The position numbers were made by a program, and so were the translations under genes. From Auanema rhodensis (Eukaryota; Animalia; Nematoda), in NCBI GenBank assembly GCA_964057225.1, contig OZ059897.1, positions 2,170,001-2,234,000 on the forward strand: 64,000 nt of DNA, written 5' to 3'. Positions 11,343 to 25,160 of the stretch are shown piece by piece. How positions within the stretch are numbered: the stretch's first letter is position 1; each line of letters starts with the position of its first letter. The notes beneath the pieces are model-generated. The model saw only the letters and a list, made by a program, of their open reading frames with translations, was not told the origin of the DNA and did not search any database.

Positions 11343-14300
11343 TAATGTAGTATAGTGCATTCGATGCGGATTTTTAAGTTGCGTTGATCTGTGTTATCAG
11401 ATTTGAGTTAGGTTAAAAATGCACCGAGATATCAACTGATATATGTTCACACTTATATCCTCGATTTTCACCCTGAAGAATTTATTTTTTCGTTGAATAA
11501 CATTGTCCATCGTCTTCGCCTTGAAAGAAGGAATCTAAAAACATCTACTTTTTGTGAAATTATTCAGAAATTTTTCGGGAAAATTTTTGTCAAAATGTTT
11601 TTGGAAGCAATGTTGAGTGTACATGGGAACTCAACATACACTAATGCATTATTTTTCAAACGATCATAACTATTTTCTGTAAATAGCGTTTCTCAATGTA
11701 GTATAGTGCATTCGATGCGGATTTTTAAGCTGCGTTGATCTGTGTTATCAGATTTGAGTTAACTTAAAAATGCACCGAGATATCAACTGATATATGTTCA
11801 CACTTATATCCTCGATTTTCACCCTGAAGAAATGATTTTTTGGTTGAAAAACATTGTCCATCGTCTTCGTCTTGAAAAAAGGAATCTAAAAACATCTACT
11901 TTTTGTGAAATTATTTAGAAATTTTTCGGGAAAATTTTTGTCAAAATGTTTTTGGAAGCAATGTTGAGTGTACATGGGAACTCAGCATACACTAATGCAT
12001 TATTTTTCAAACGATAATAACTAATTTTTGTATAGAGCGTTTCTTAATGTAGTATAGTGCATTCGATGCGGATTTTTAAGTTGCGTTGATCTGTGTTATC
12101 AGATTTGAGTTAGCTTAAAAATGCACCGAGATATCAACTGATATATGTTCACACTTATATCCTCGATTTTCACCCTGAAGAAATGATTTTTTCGTTGAAT
12201 AACATTGTCCATCATCTTCGTCTTGAAAAAAGGAATCTAAAAACATCTACTTTTTGTGAAATTATTTAGAAATTTTTCGGGAAAATTTTTGTCAAAATGT
12301 TTTTGGAAGCAATGTTGAGTGTACATGGGAACTCAACATACACTAATGCATTATTTTTCAAACGATCATAACTAATTTTTGTAAATAGCGTTTCTCAAGG
12401 TAGTATAGTGCATTCGATGCGGATTTTTAAGCTGCGTCGATCTGTGTTATCAGATTTGAGCTAGCTTAAAAATGCACCGAGATATCAACTGATATATGTT
12501 CACACTTATATCCTCGATTTTCACCCAGAAGAAATGATTTTTTGGTTGAAAAACATTGTCCATCGTCTTCGTCTTGAAAAAAGGAATCTAAAAACATCTA
12601 CTTTTTGTGAAATTATTTGGAAATTTTTCGGGAAAATTTTTGTCAAAATGTTTTTGGAAGCAATGTTGAGTGTACATGGGAACTCAACATACACTAATGC
12701 ATTATTTTTCAAACGATCATAACTAATTTTTGTATAAAGCGTTTCTTAATGTAGTATAGTGCATTCGATGCGGATTTTTAAGCTGCGTCGATCTGTGTTA
12801 TCAGATTTGAGTTAGCTTAAAAATGCACCGAGATATCAACTGATATATGTTCACACTTATATCCTCGATTTTCACCCTGAAGAAATGATTTTTTCGTTGA
12901 AAAAACATTGTCCATCGTCTTTGCCTTGAAAAAAGGAATCTAAAAACATCTACTTTTTGTGAAATTATTTAGAAATTTTTCGGGAAAATTTTTGTCAAAA
13001 TGTTTTTGGAAGCAATGTTGAGTGTACATGGGAACTCAACATACACTAATGCATTATTTTTCAAACGATCATAACTTATTTTTGTATAGAGCGTTTCTCA
13101 ATGTAGTATAGTGCATTCGATGCGGATTTTTAAGCTGTCTCGATCTGTGTTATCCGATTTGAGCTAGCTTGAAAATGTACCGAGATATCAACTGATATAT
13201 GTTCACACTTATATCCTCGATTTTCACCCTGAAGAAATGATTTTTTGGTTGAAAAACATTGTCCATCGTCTTCGTCTTGAAAAAAGGAATCTAAAAACAT
13301 CTACTTTTTGTGAAATTATTTAGAAATTTTTCGGGAAAATTTTTGTCAAAATGTTTTTGGAAGCAATGTTGGGTGTACATGGGAACTCAACATACACTAA
13401 TGCATTATTTTTCAAACGATCATAACTAATTTTTGTATAAAGCGTTTCTTAATGTAGTATAGTGCATTCGATGCGGATTTTTAAGCTGCGTCGATCTGTG
13501 TTATCAGATTTGAGTTAGCTTAAAAATGCACCGAGATATCAACTGATATATGTTCACACTTATATCCTCGATTTTCACCCTGAAGAAATGATTTTTTCGT
13601 TGAAAAAACATTGTCCATCGTCTTTGCCTTGAAAAAAGGAATCTGAAAACATCTACTTTTTGTGAAATTATTTAGAAATTTTTCGGGAAAATTTTTGTCA
13701 AAATGTTTTTGGAAGCAATGTTGAGTGTACATGGGAACTCAACATACACTAATGCATTATTTTTCAAACGATCATAACTTATTTTTGTATAGAGCGTTTC
13801 TCAATGTAGTATAGTGCATTCGATGCGGATTTTTAAGCTGCCTCGATCTGTGTTATCCGATTTGAGCTAGCTTGAAAATGTACCGAGATATCAACTGATA
13901 TATGTTCACACTTATATCCTCGATTTTCACCCTGAAGAAATGATTTTTTGGTTGAAAAACATTGTCCATCGTCTTCGTCTTGAAAAAAGGAATCTAAAAA
14001 CATCTACTTTTTGTGAAATTATTTAGAAATTTTTCGGGAAAATTTTTGTCAAAATGTTTTTGGAAGCAATGTTGGGTGTACATGGGAACTCAACATACAC
14101 TAATGCATTATTTTTCAAACGATCATAACTAATTTTTGTATAAAGCGTTTCTTAATGTAGTATAGTGCATTCGATGCGGATTTTTAAGCTGCGTCGATCT
14201 GTGTTATCAGATTTGAGTTAGCTTAAAAATGCACCGAGATATCAACTGATATATGTTCACACTTATATCCTCGATTTTCACCCTGAAGAAATGATTTTTT

Positions 14301-17300
14301 CGTTGAAAAAACATTGTCCATCGTCTTTGCCTTGAAAAAAGGAATCTGAAAACATCTACTTTTTGTGAAATTATTTAGAAATTTTTCGGGAAAATTTTTG
14401 TCAAAATGTTTTTGGAAGCAATGTTGAGTGTACATGGGAACTCAACATACACTAATGCATTATTTTTCAAACGATCATAACTAATTTTTGTAAATAGCGT
14501 TTCTCGATGTAGTATAGTGCATTCGATGCGGATTTTTAAGCTGCGTTGATCTGTGTTATCAGATTTGAGTTAACTTAAAAATGCACCGAGATATCAACTG
14601 ATATAGGTTCACACTTATATCCTCGATTTTCACCCTGAAGAAATGATTTTTTCGTTGAAAAACATTGTCCATCGTCTTTGTCATGAAAAAAGGAATCTAA
14701 AAACATCTACTTTTTGTGAAATTATTCAGAAAATTTTCGGGAAAATTTTTGTCAAAATGTTTTTGGAAGCAATGTTGAGTGTACATGGGAACTCAACATA
14801 CACTAATGCATTATTTTTCAAACGATCATAACTTATTTTTGTATAGAGCGTTTCTCAATGTAGTATAGTGCATTCGATGCGGATTTTTAAGCTGCGTCGA
14901 TCTGTGTTATCAGATTTGAGTTAGCTTAAAAATGCACCGAGATATCAACTGATATATGTTCACACTTATATCCTCGATTTTCACCCTGAAGAAATGATTT
15001 TTTCGTTGAATAACATTGTCCATCGTCTTCGTCTTGAAAAAAGGAATCTAAAAACATCTACTTTTTGTGAAATTATTTAGAAATTTTTCGGGAAAATTTT
15101 TGTCAAAATGTTTTTGGAAGCAATGTTGAGTGTACATGGGAACTCAACATACACTAATGCATTATTTTTCAAACGATCATAACTAATTTTTGTAAATAGC
15201 GTTTCTCAAGGTAGTATAGTGCATTCGATGCGGATTTTTAAGCTGCGTCGATCTGTGTTATCAGATTTGAGTTAGCTTAAAAATGCACCGAGATATCAAC
15301 TGATATATGTTCACACTTATATCCTCGATTTTCAAACTGAAGAATTGATTTTTTTGTTGAATAACATTGTTCATCGTCTTCGTCTTGAAAAAAGGAATCT
15401 AAAAACATCTACTTTTTGTGAAATTATCTAGAAATTTTTCGGGAAAATTTTTGTCAAAATGTTTTTGGACGCAATGTTGAGTGTACATGGGAACTCAACA
15501 TACACTAATGCATTATTTTTCAAACGATCATAACTATTTTCTGTAAATAGCGTTTCTCAATGTAGTATAGTGCATTCGATGCGGATTTTTAAGCTGCGTT
15601 GATCTGTGTTATCAGATTTGAGTTAACTTAAAAATGCACCGAGATATCAACTGATATATGTTCACACTTATATCCTCGATTTTCAAACTGAAGAATTGAT
15701 TTTTTTGTTGAATAACATTGTCCATCGTCTTCGTCTTCAAAAAAGGAATCTAAAAACATCTACTTTTTGTGAAATTATCTAGAAATTTTTCGGGAAAATT
15801 TTTGTCAAAATGTTTTTGGAAGCAATGTTGAGTGTACATGGGAACTCAACATACACTAATGCATTATTTTTCAAACGATCATAACTATTTTCTTTAAATA
15901 GCGTTTCTCAATGTAGTATAGTGCATTCGATGCGGATTTTTAAGCTGCGTTGATCTGTGTTATCAGATTTGAGTTAACTTAAAAATGCACCGAGATATCA
16001 ACTGATATATGTTCACACTTATATCCTCGATTTTCACCCTGAAGAAATGATTTTTTGGTTGAAAAACATTGTCCATCGTCTTCGTCTTGAAAAAAGGAAT
16101 CTAAAAACATCTACTTTTTGTGAAATTATTTAGAAATTTTTCGGGAAAATTTTTGTCAAAATGTTTTTGGAAGCAATGTTGAGTGTACATGGGAACTCAG
16201 CATACACTAATGCATTATTTTTCAAACGATAATAACTAATTTTTGTATAGAGCGTTTCTTAATGTAGTATAGTGCATTCGATGCGGATTTTTAAGTTGCG
16301 TTGATCTGTGTTATCAGATTTGAGTTAGCTTAAAAATGCACCGAGATATCAACTGATATATGTTCACACTTATATCCTCGATTTTCACCCTGAAGAAATG
16401 ATTTTTTCGTTGAATAACATTGTCCATCATCTTCGTCTTGAAAAAAGGAATCTAAAAACATCTACTTTTTGTGAAATTATTTAGAAATTTTTCGGGAAAA
16501 TTTTTGTCAAAATGTTTTTGGAAGCAATGTTGAGTGTACATGGGAACTCAACATACACTAATGCATTATTTTTCAAACGATCATAACTATTTTCTTTAAA
16601 TAGCGTTTCTCAATGTAGTATAGTGCATTCGATGCGGATTTTTAAGCTGCGTTGATCTGTGTTATCAGATTTGAGTTAACTTAAAAATGCACCGAGATAT
16701 CAACTGATATATGTTCACACTTATATCCTCGATTTTCACCCTGAAGAAATGATTTTTTGGTTGAAAAACATTGTCCATCGTCTTCGTCTTGAAAAAAGGA
16801 ATCTAAAAACATCTACTTTTTGTGAAATTATTTAGAAATTTTTCGGGAAAATTTTTGTCAAAATGTTTTTGGAAGCAATGTTGAGTGTACATGGGAACTC
16901 AGCATACACTAATGCATTATTTTTCAAACGATAATAACTAATTTTTGTATAGAGCGTTTCTTAATGTAGTATAGTGCATTCGATGCGGATTTTTAAGTTG
17001 CGTTGATCTGTGTTATCAGATTTGAGTTAGCTTAAAAATGCACCGAGATATCAACTGATATATGTTCACACTTATATCCTCGATTTTCACCCTGAAGAAA
17101 TGATTTTTTCGTTGAATAACATTGTCCATCATCTTCGTCTTGAAAAAAGGAATCTAAAAACATCTACTTTTTGTGAAATTATTTAGAAATTTTTCGGGAA
17201 AATTTTTGTCAAAATGTTTTTGGAAGCAATGTTGGGTGTACATGGGAACTCAACATACACTAATGCATTATTTTTCAAACGATCATAACTTATTTTTGTA

Positions 17301-20290
17301 TAGAGCGTTTCTCAATGTAGTATAGTGCATTCGATGCGGATTTTTAAGCTGCCTCGATCTGTGTTATCCGATTTGAGCTAGCTTGAAAATGTACCGAGAT
17401 ATCAACTGATATATGTTCACACTTATATCCTCGATTTTCACCCTGAAGAAATGATTTTTTGGTTGAAAAACATTGTCCATCGTCTTCGTCTTGAAAAAAG
17501 GAATCTAAAAACATCTACTTTTTGTGAAATTATTTAGAAATTTTTCGGGAAAATTTTTGTCAAAATGTTTTTGGAAGCAATGTTGGGTGTACATGGGAAC
17601 TCAACATACACTAATGCATTATTTTTCAAACGATCATAACTAATTTTTGTATAAAGCGTTTCTCAATGTAGTATAGTGCATTCGATGCGGATTTTTAAGC
17701 TGCGTCGATCTGTGTTATCAGATTTGAGTTAGCTTAAAAATGCACCGAGATATCAACTGATATATGTTCACACTTATATCCTCGATTTTCACCCTGAAGA
17801 AATGATTTTTTCGTTGAAAAAACATTGTCCATCGTCTTTGCCTTGAAAAAAGGAATCTAAAAACATCTACTTTTTGTGAAATTATTCAGAAATTTTTCGG
17901 GAAAATTTTTGTCAAAATGTTTTTGGAAGCAATGTTGAGTGTACATGGGAACTCAGCATACACTAATGCATTATTTTTCAAACGATCATAACTAATTTTT
18001 GTAAATAGCGTTTCTCGATGTAGTATAGTGCATTCGATGCGGATTTTTAAGTTGCGTTGATCTGTGTTATCAGATTTGAGTTAACTTAAAAATGCACCGA
18101 GATATCAACTGATATATGTTCACACTTATATCCTCGATTTTCACCCTGAAGAAATGATTTTTTCGTTGAAAAACATTGTCCATCGTCTTTGTCATGAAAA
18201 AAGGAATCTAAAAACATCTACTTTTTGTGAAATTATTTAGAAATTTTTCGGGAAAATTTTTGTCAAAATGTTTTTGGAAGCAATGTTGAGTGTACATGGG
18301 AACTCAACATACACTAATGCATTATTTTTCAAACGATCATAACTATTTTCTGTAAATAGCGTTTCTCAATGTAGTATAGTGCATTCGATGCGGATTTTTA
18401 AGCTGCGTTGATCTGTGTTATCAGATTTGAGTTAACTTAAAAAGGCACCGAGATATCAACTGATATATGTTCACACTTATATCCTCGATTTTCACCCTGA
18501 AGAAATGATTTTTTCGTTGAAAAAACATTGTCCATCGTCTTTGCCTTGAAAAAAGGAATCTAAAAACATCTACTTTTTGTGAAATTATTTAGAAATTTTT
18601 CGGGAAAATTTTTGTCAAAATGTTTTTGGAAGCAATGTTGAGTGTACATGGGAACTCAGCATACACTAATGCATTATTTTTCAAACGATAATAACTAATT
18701 TTTGTATAGAGCGTTTCTTAATGTAGTATAGTGCATTCGATGCGGATTTTTAAGTTGCGTTGATCTGTGTTATCAGATTTGAGTTAGCTTAAAAATGCAC
18801 CGAGATATCAACTGATATATGTTCACACTTATATCCTCGATTTTCACCCTGAAGAATTTATTTTTTCGTTGAATAACATTGTCCATCGTCTTCGCCTTGA
18901 AAGAAGGAATCTAAAAACATCTACTTTTTGTGAAATTATTCAGAAATTTTTCGGGAAAATTTTTGTCAAAATGTTTTTGGAAGCAATGTTGAGTGTACAT
19001 GGGAACTCAACATACACTAATGCATTATTTTTCAAACGATCATAACTATTTTCTGTAAATAGCGTTTCTCAATGTAGTATAGTGCATTCGATGCGGATTT
19101 TTAAGCTGCGTTGATCTGTGTTATCAGATTTGAGTTAACTTAAAAATGCACCGAGATATCAACTGATATATGTTCACACTTATATCCTCGATTTTCACCC
19201 TGAAGAAATGATTTTTTGGTTGAAAAACATTGTCCATCGTCTTCGTCTTGAAAAAAGGAATCTAAAAACATCTACTTTTTGTGAAATTATTTAGAAATTT
19301 TTCGGGAAAATTTTTGTCAAAATGTTTTTGGAAGCAATGTTGAGTGTACATGGGAACTCAACATACACTAATGCATTATTTTTCAAACGATCATAACTAT
19401 TTTCTGTAAATAGCGTTTCTCAATGTAGTATAGTGCATTCGATGCGGATTTTTAAGCTGCGTTGATCTGTGTTATCAGATTTGAGTTAACTTAAAAATGC
19501 ACCGAGATATCAACTGATATATGTTCACACTTATATCCTCGATTTTCACCCTGAAGAAATGATTTTTTGGTTGAAAAACATTGTCCATCGTCTTCGTCTT
19601 GAAAAAAGGAATCTAAAAACATCTACTTTTTGTGAAATTATTTAGAAATTTTTCGGGAAAATTTTTGTCAAAATGTTTTTGGAAGCAATGTTGAGTGTAC
19701 ATGGGAACTCAGCATACACTAATGCATTATTTTTCAAACGATAATAACTAATTTTTGTATAGAGCGTTTCTTAATGTAGTATAGTGCATTCGATGCGGAT
19801 TTTTAAGTTGCGTTGATCTGTGTTATCAGATTTGAGTTAGCTTAAAAATGCACCGAGATATCAACTGATATATGTTCACACTTATATCCTCGATTTTCAC
19901 CCTGAAGAATTTATTTTTTCGTTGAATAACATTGTCCATCGTCTTCGCCTTGAAAGAAGGAATCTAAAAACATCTACTTTTTGTGAAATTATTTAGAAAT
20001 TTTTCGGGAAAATTTTTGTCAAAATGTTTTTGGAAGCAATGTTGAGTGTACATGGGAACTCAACATACACTAATGCATTATTTTTCAAACGATCATAACT
20101 ATTTTCTGTAAATAGCGTTTCTCAATGTAGTATAGTGCATTCGATGCGGATTTTTAAGCTGCGTTGATCTGTGTTATCAGATTTGAGTTAACTTAAAAAT
20201 GCACCGAGATATCAACTGATATATGTTCACACTTATATCCTCGATTTTCACCCTGAAGAAATGATTTTTTGGTTGAAAAACATTGTCGAT
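11065..20290. repeat. Copy A of a ~9-kb dispersed block duplication
   Basis: The private SNPs CACCCAGAAG (12527), TTGGACGCA (15470) and GTCTTCAAA (15738) recur at +17910 (51 monomers). The ORF track repeats at the same offset. Beyond ~17233 the offset becomes 17208 (49 monomers). Confidence 0.9.
12670..14481. repeat. Local dimeric higher-order repeat (703 bp, ~2.6 copies); also present at ~30580-32391
   Basis: 351- and 352-bp monomers alternate. The GAATCTGAAAAC variant gives identical ORFs at 13520/14223 and 31430/32133. Confidence 0.85.
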
Positions 20291-23200
20291 CGTCTTCGTC
20301 TTGAAAAAAGGAATCTAAAAACATCTACTTTTTGTGAAATTATTTAGAAATTTTTCGGGAAAATTTTTGTCAAAATGTTTTTGGAAGCAATGTTGAGTGT
20401 ACATGGGAACTCAGCATACACTAATGCATTATTTTTCAAACGATAATAACTAATTTTTGTATAGAGCGTTTCTTAATGTAGTATAGTGCATTCGATGCGG
20501 ATTTTTAAGTTGCGTTGATCTGTGTTATCAGATTTGAGTTAGGTTAAAAATGCACCGAGATATCAACTGATATATGTTCACACTTATATCCTCGATTTTC
20601 ACCCTGAAGAATTTATTTTTTCGTTGAATAACATTGTCCATCGTCTTCGCCTTGAAAGAAGGAATCTAAAAACATCTACTTTTTGTGAAATTATTCAGAA
20701 ATTTTTCGGGAAAATTTTTGTCAAAATGTTTTTGGAAGCAATGTTGAGTGTACATGGGAACTCAGCATACACTAATGCATTATTTTTCAAACGATAATAA
20801 CTAATTTTTGTATAGAGCGTTTCTTAATGTAGTATAGTGCATTCGATGCGGATTTTTAAGTTGCGTTGATCTGTGTTATCAGATTTGAGTTAGCTTAAAA
20901 ATGCACCGAGATATCAACTGATATATGTTCACACTTATATCCTCGATTTTCACCCTGAAGAAATGATTTTTTCGTTGAATAACATTGTCCATCATCTTCG
21001 TCTTGAAAAAAGGAATCTAAAAACATCTACTTTTTGTGAAATTATTTAGAAATTTTTCGGGAAAATTTTTGTCAAAATGTTTTTGGAAGCAATGTTGAGT
21101 GTACATGGGAACTCAACATACACTAATGCATTATTTTTCAAACGATCATAACTATTTTCTTTAAATAGCGTTTCTCAATGTAGTATAGTGCATTCGATGC
21201 GGATTTTTAAGCTGCGTTGATCTGTGTTATCAGATTTGAGTTAACTTAAAAATGCACCGAGATATCAACTGATATATGTTCACACTTATATCCTCGATTT
21301 TCACCCTGAAGAAATGATTTTTTGGTTGAAAAACATTGTCCATCGTCTTCGTCTTGAAAAAAGGAATCTAAAAACATCTACTTTTTGTGAAATTATTTAG
21401 AAATTTTTCGGGAAAATTTTTGTCAAAATGTTTTTGGAAGCAATGTTGAGTGTACATGGGAACTCAGCATACACTAATGCATTATTTTTCAAACGATAAT
21501 AACTAATTTTTGTATAGAGCGTTTCTTAATGTAGTATAGTGCATTCGATGCGGATTTTTAAGTTGCGTTGATCTGTGTTATCAGATTTGAGTTAGCTTAA
21601 AAATGCACCGAGATATCAACTGATATATGTTCACACTTATATCCTCGATTTTCACCCTGAAGAAATGATTTTTTCGTTGAATAACATTGTCCATCATCTT
21701 CGTCTTGAAAAAAGGAATCTAAAAACATCTACTTTTTGTGAAATTATTTAGAAATTTTTCGGGAAAATTTTTGTCAAAATGTTTTTGGAAGCAATGTTGG
21801 GTGTACATGGGAACTCAACATACACTAATGCATTATTTTTCAAACGATCATAACTTATTTTTGTATAGAGCGTTTCTCAATGTAGTATAGTGCATTCGAT
21901 GCGGATTTTTAAGCTGCCTCGATCTGTGTTATCCGATTTGAGCTAGCTTGAAAATGTACCGAGATATCAACTGATATATGTTCACACTTATATCCTCGAT
22001 TTTCACCCTGAAGAAATGATTTTTTGGTTGAAAAACATTGTCCATCGTCTTCGTCTTGAAAAAAGGAATCTAAAAACATCTACTTTTTGTGAAATTATTT
22101 AGAAATTTTTCGGGAAAATTTTTGTCAAAATGTTTTTGGAAGCAATGTTGGGTGTACATGGGAACTCAACATACACTAATGCATTATTTTTCAAACGATC
22201 ATAACTAATTTTTGTATAAAGCGTTTCTCAATGTAGTATAGTGCATTCGATGCGGATTTTTAAGCTGCGTCGATCTGTGTTATCAGATTTGAGTTAGCTT
22301 AAAAATGCACCGAGATATCAACTGATATATGTTCACACTTATATCCTCGATTTTCACCCTGAAGAAATGATTTTTTCGTTGAAAAAACATTGTCCATCGT
22401 CTTTGCCTTGAAAAAAGGAATCTAAAAACATCTACTTTTTGTGAAATTATTCAGAAATTTTTCGGGAAAATTTTTGTCAAAATGTTTTTGGAAGCAATGT
22501 TGAGTGTACATGGGAACTCAGCATACACTAATGCATTATTTTTCAAACGATCATAACTAATTTTTGTAAATAGCGTTTCTCGATGTAGTATAGTGCATTC
22601 GATGCGGATTTTTAAGCTGCGTTGATCTGTGTTATCAGATTTGAGTTAACTTAAAAAGGCACCGAGATATCAACTGATATATGTTCACACTTATATCCTC
22701 GATTTTCACCCTGAAGAAATGATTTTTTCGTTGAAAAACATTGTCCATCGTCTTTGTCATGAAAAAAGGAATCTAAAAACATCTACTTTTTGTGAAATTA
22801 TTTAGAAATTTTTCGGGAAAATTTTTGTCAAAATGTTTTTGGAAGCAATGTTGAGTGTACATGGGAACTCAACATACACTAATGCATTATTTTTCAAACG
22901 ATCATAACTATTTTCTGTAAATAGCGTTTCTCAATGTAGTATAGTGCATTCGATGCGGATTTTTAAGCTGCGTTGATCTGTGTTATCAGATTTGAGTTAA
23001 CTTAAAAAGGCACCGAGATATCAACTGATATATGTTCACACTTATATCCTCGATTTTCACCCTGAAGAAATGATTTTTTCGTTGAAAAAACATTGTCCAT
23101 CGTCTTTGCCTTGAAAAAAGGAATCTAAAAACATCTACTTTTTGTGAAATTATTTAGAAATTTTTCGGGAAAATTTTTGTCAAAATGTTTTTGGAAGCAA

Positions 23201-25160
23201 TGTTGAGTGTACATGGGAACTCAGCATACACTAATGCATTATTTTTCAAACGATAATAACTAATTTTTGTATAGAGCGTTTCTTAATGTAGTATAGTGCA
23301 TTCGATGCGGATTTTTAAGTTGCGTTGATCTGTGTTATCAGATTTGAGTTAGCTTAAAAATGCACCGAGATATCAACTGATATATGTTCACACTTATATC
23401 CTCGATTTTCACCCTGAAGAATTTATTTTTTCGTTGAATAACATTGTCCATCGTCTTCGCCTTGAAAGAAGGAATCTAAAAACATCTACTTTTTGTGAAA
23501 TTATTCAGAAATTTTTCGGGAAAATTTTTGTCAAAATGTTTTTGGAAGCAATGTTGAGTGTACATGGGAACTCAACATACACTAATGCATTATTTTTCAA
23601 ACGATCATAACTATTTTCTGTAAATAGCGTTTCTCAATGTAGTATAGTGCATTCGATGCGGATTTTTAAGCTGCGTTGATCTGTGTTATCAGATTTGAGT
23701 TAACTTAAAAATGCACCGAGATATCAACTGATATATGTTCACACTTATATCCTCGATTTTCACCCTGAAGAAATGATTTTTTGGTTGAAAAACATTGTCC
23801 ATCGTCTTCGTCTTGAAAAAAGGAATCTAAAAACATCTACTTTTTGTGAAATTATTTAGAAATTTTTCGGGAAAATTTTTGTCAAAATGTTTTTGGAAGC
23901 AATGTTGAGTGTACATGGGAACTCAACATACACTAATGCATTATTTTTCAAACGATCATAACTATTTTCTGTAAATAGCGTTTCTCAATGTAGTATAGTG
24001 CATTCGATGCGGATTTTTAAGCTGCGTTGATCTGTGTTATCAGATTTGAGTTAACTTAAAAATGCACCGAGATATCAACTGATATATGTTCACACTTATA
24101 TCCTCGATTTTCACCCTGAAGAAATGATTTTTTGGTTGAAAAACATTGTCCATCGTCTTCGTCTTGAAAAAAGGAATCTAAAAACATCTACTTTTTGTGA
24201 AATTATTTAGAAATTTTTCGGGAAAATTTTTGTCAAAATGTTTTTGGAAGCAATGTTGAGTGTACATGGGAACTCAGCATACACTAATGCATTATTTTTC
24301 AAACGATAATAACTAATTTTTGTATAGAGCGTTTCTTAATGTAGTATAGTGCATTCGATGCGGATTTTTAAGTTGCGTTGATCTGTGTTATCAGATTTGA
24401 GTTAGCTTAAAAATGCACCGAGATATCAACTGATATATGTTCACACTTATATCCTCGATTTTCACCCTGAAGAATTTATTTTTTCGTTGAATAACATTGT
24501 CCATCGTCTTCGCCTTGAAAGAAGGAATCTAAAAACATCTACTTTTTGTGAAATTATTTAGAAATTTTTCGGGAAAATTTTTGTCAAAATGTTTTTGGAA
24601 GCAATGTTGAGTGTACATGGGAACTCAACATACACTAATGCATTATTTTTCAAACGATCATAACTATTTTCTGTAAATAGCGTTTCTCAATGTAGTATAG
24701 TGCATTCGATGCGGATTTTTAAGCTGCGTTGATCTGTGTTATCAGATTTGAGTTAACTTAAAAATGCACCGAGATATCAACTGATATATGTTCACACTTA
24801 TATCCTCGATTTTCACCCTGAAGAAATGATTTTTTGGTTGAAAAACATTGTCGATCGTCTTCGTCTTGAAAAAAGGAATCTAAAAACATCTACTTTTTGT
24901 GAAATTATTTAGAAATTTTTCGGGAAAATTTTTGTCAAAATGTTTTTGGAAGCAATGTTGAGTGTACATGGGAACTCAGCATACACTAATGCATTATTTT
25001 TCAAACGATAATAACTAATTTTTGTATAGAGCGTTTCTTAATGTAGTATAGTGCATTCGATGCGGATTTTTAAGTTGCGTTGATCTGTGTTATCAGATTT
25101 GAGTTAGGTTAAAAATGCACCGAGATATCAACTGATATATGTTCACACTTATATCCTCGA
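16135..25160. repeat. Tandem 13-mer duplication (4565-bp unit, ~2 copies)
   Basis: The marker ATTGTCGATC occurs at 20288 and 24853, and the monomer order from ~16135 is repeated from ~20700. Confidence 0.85.
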
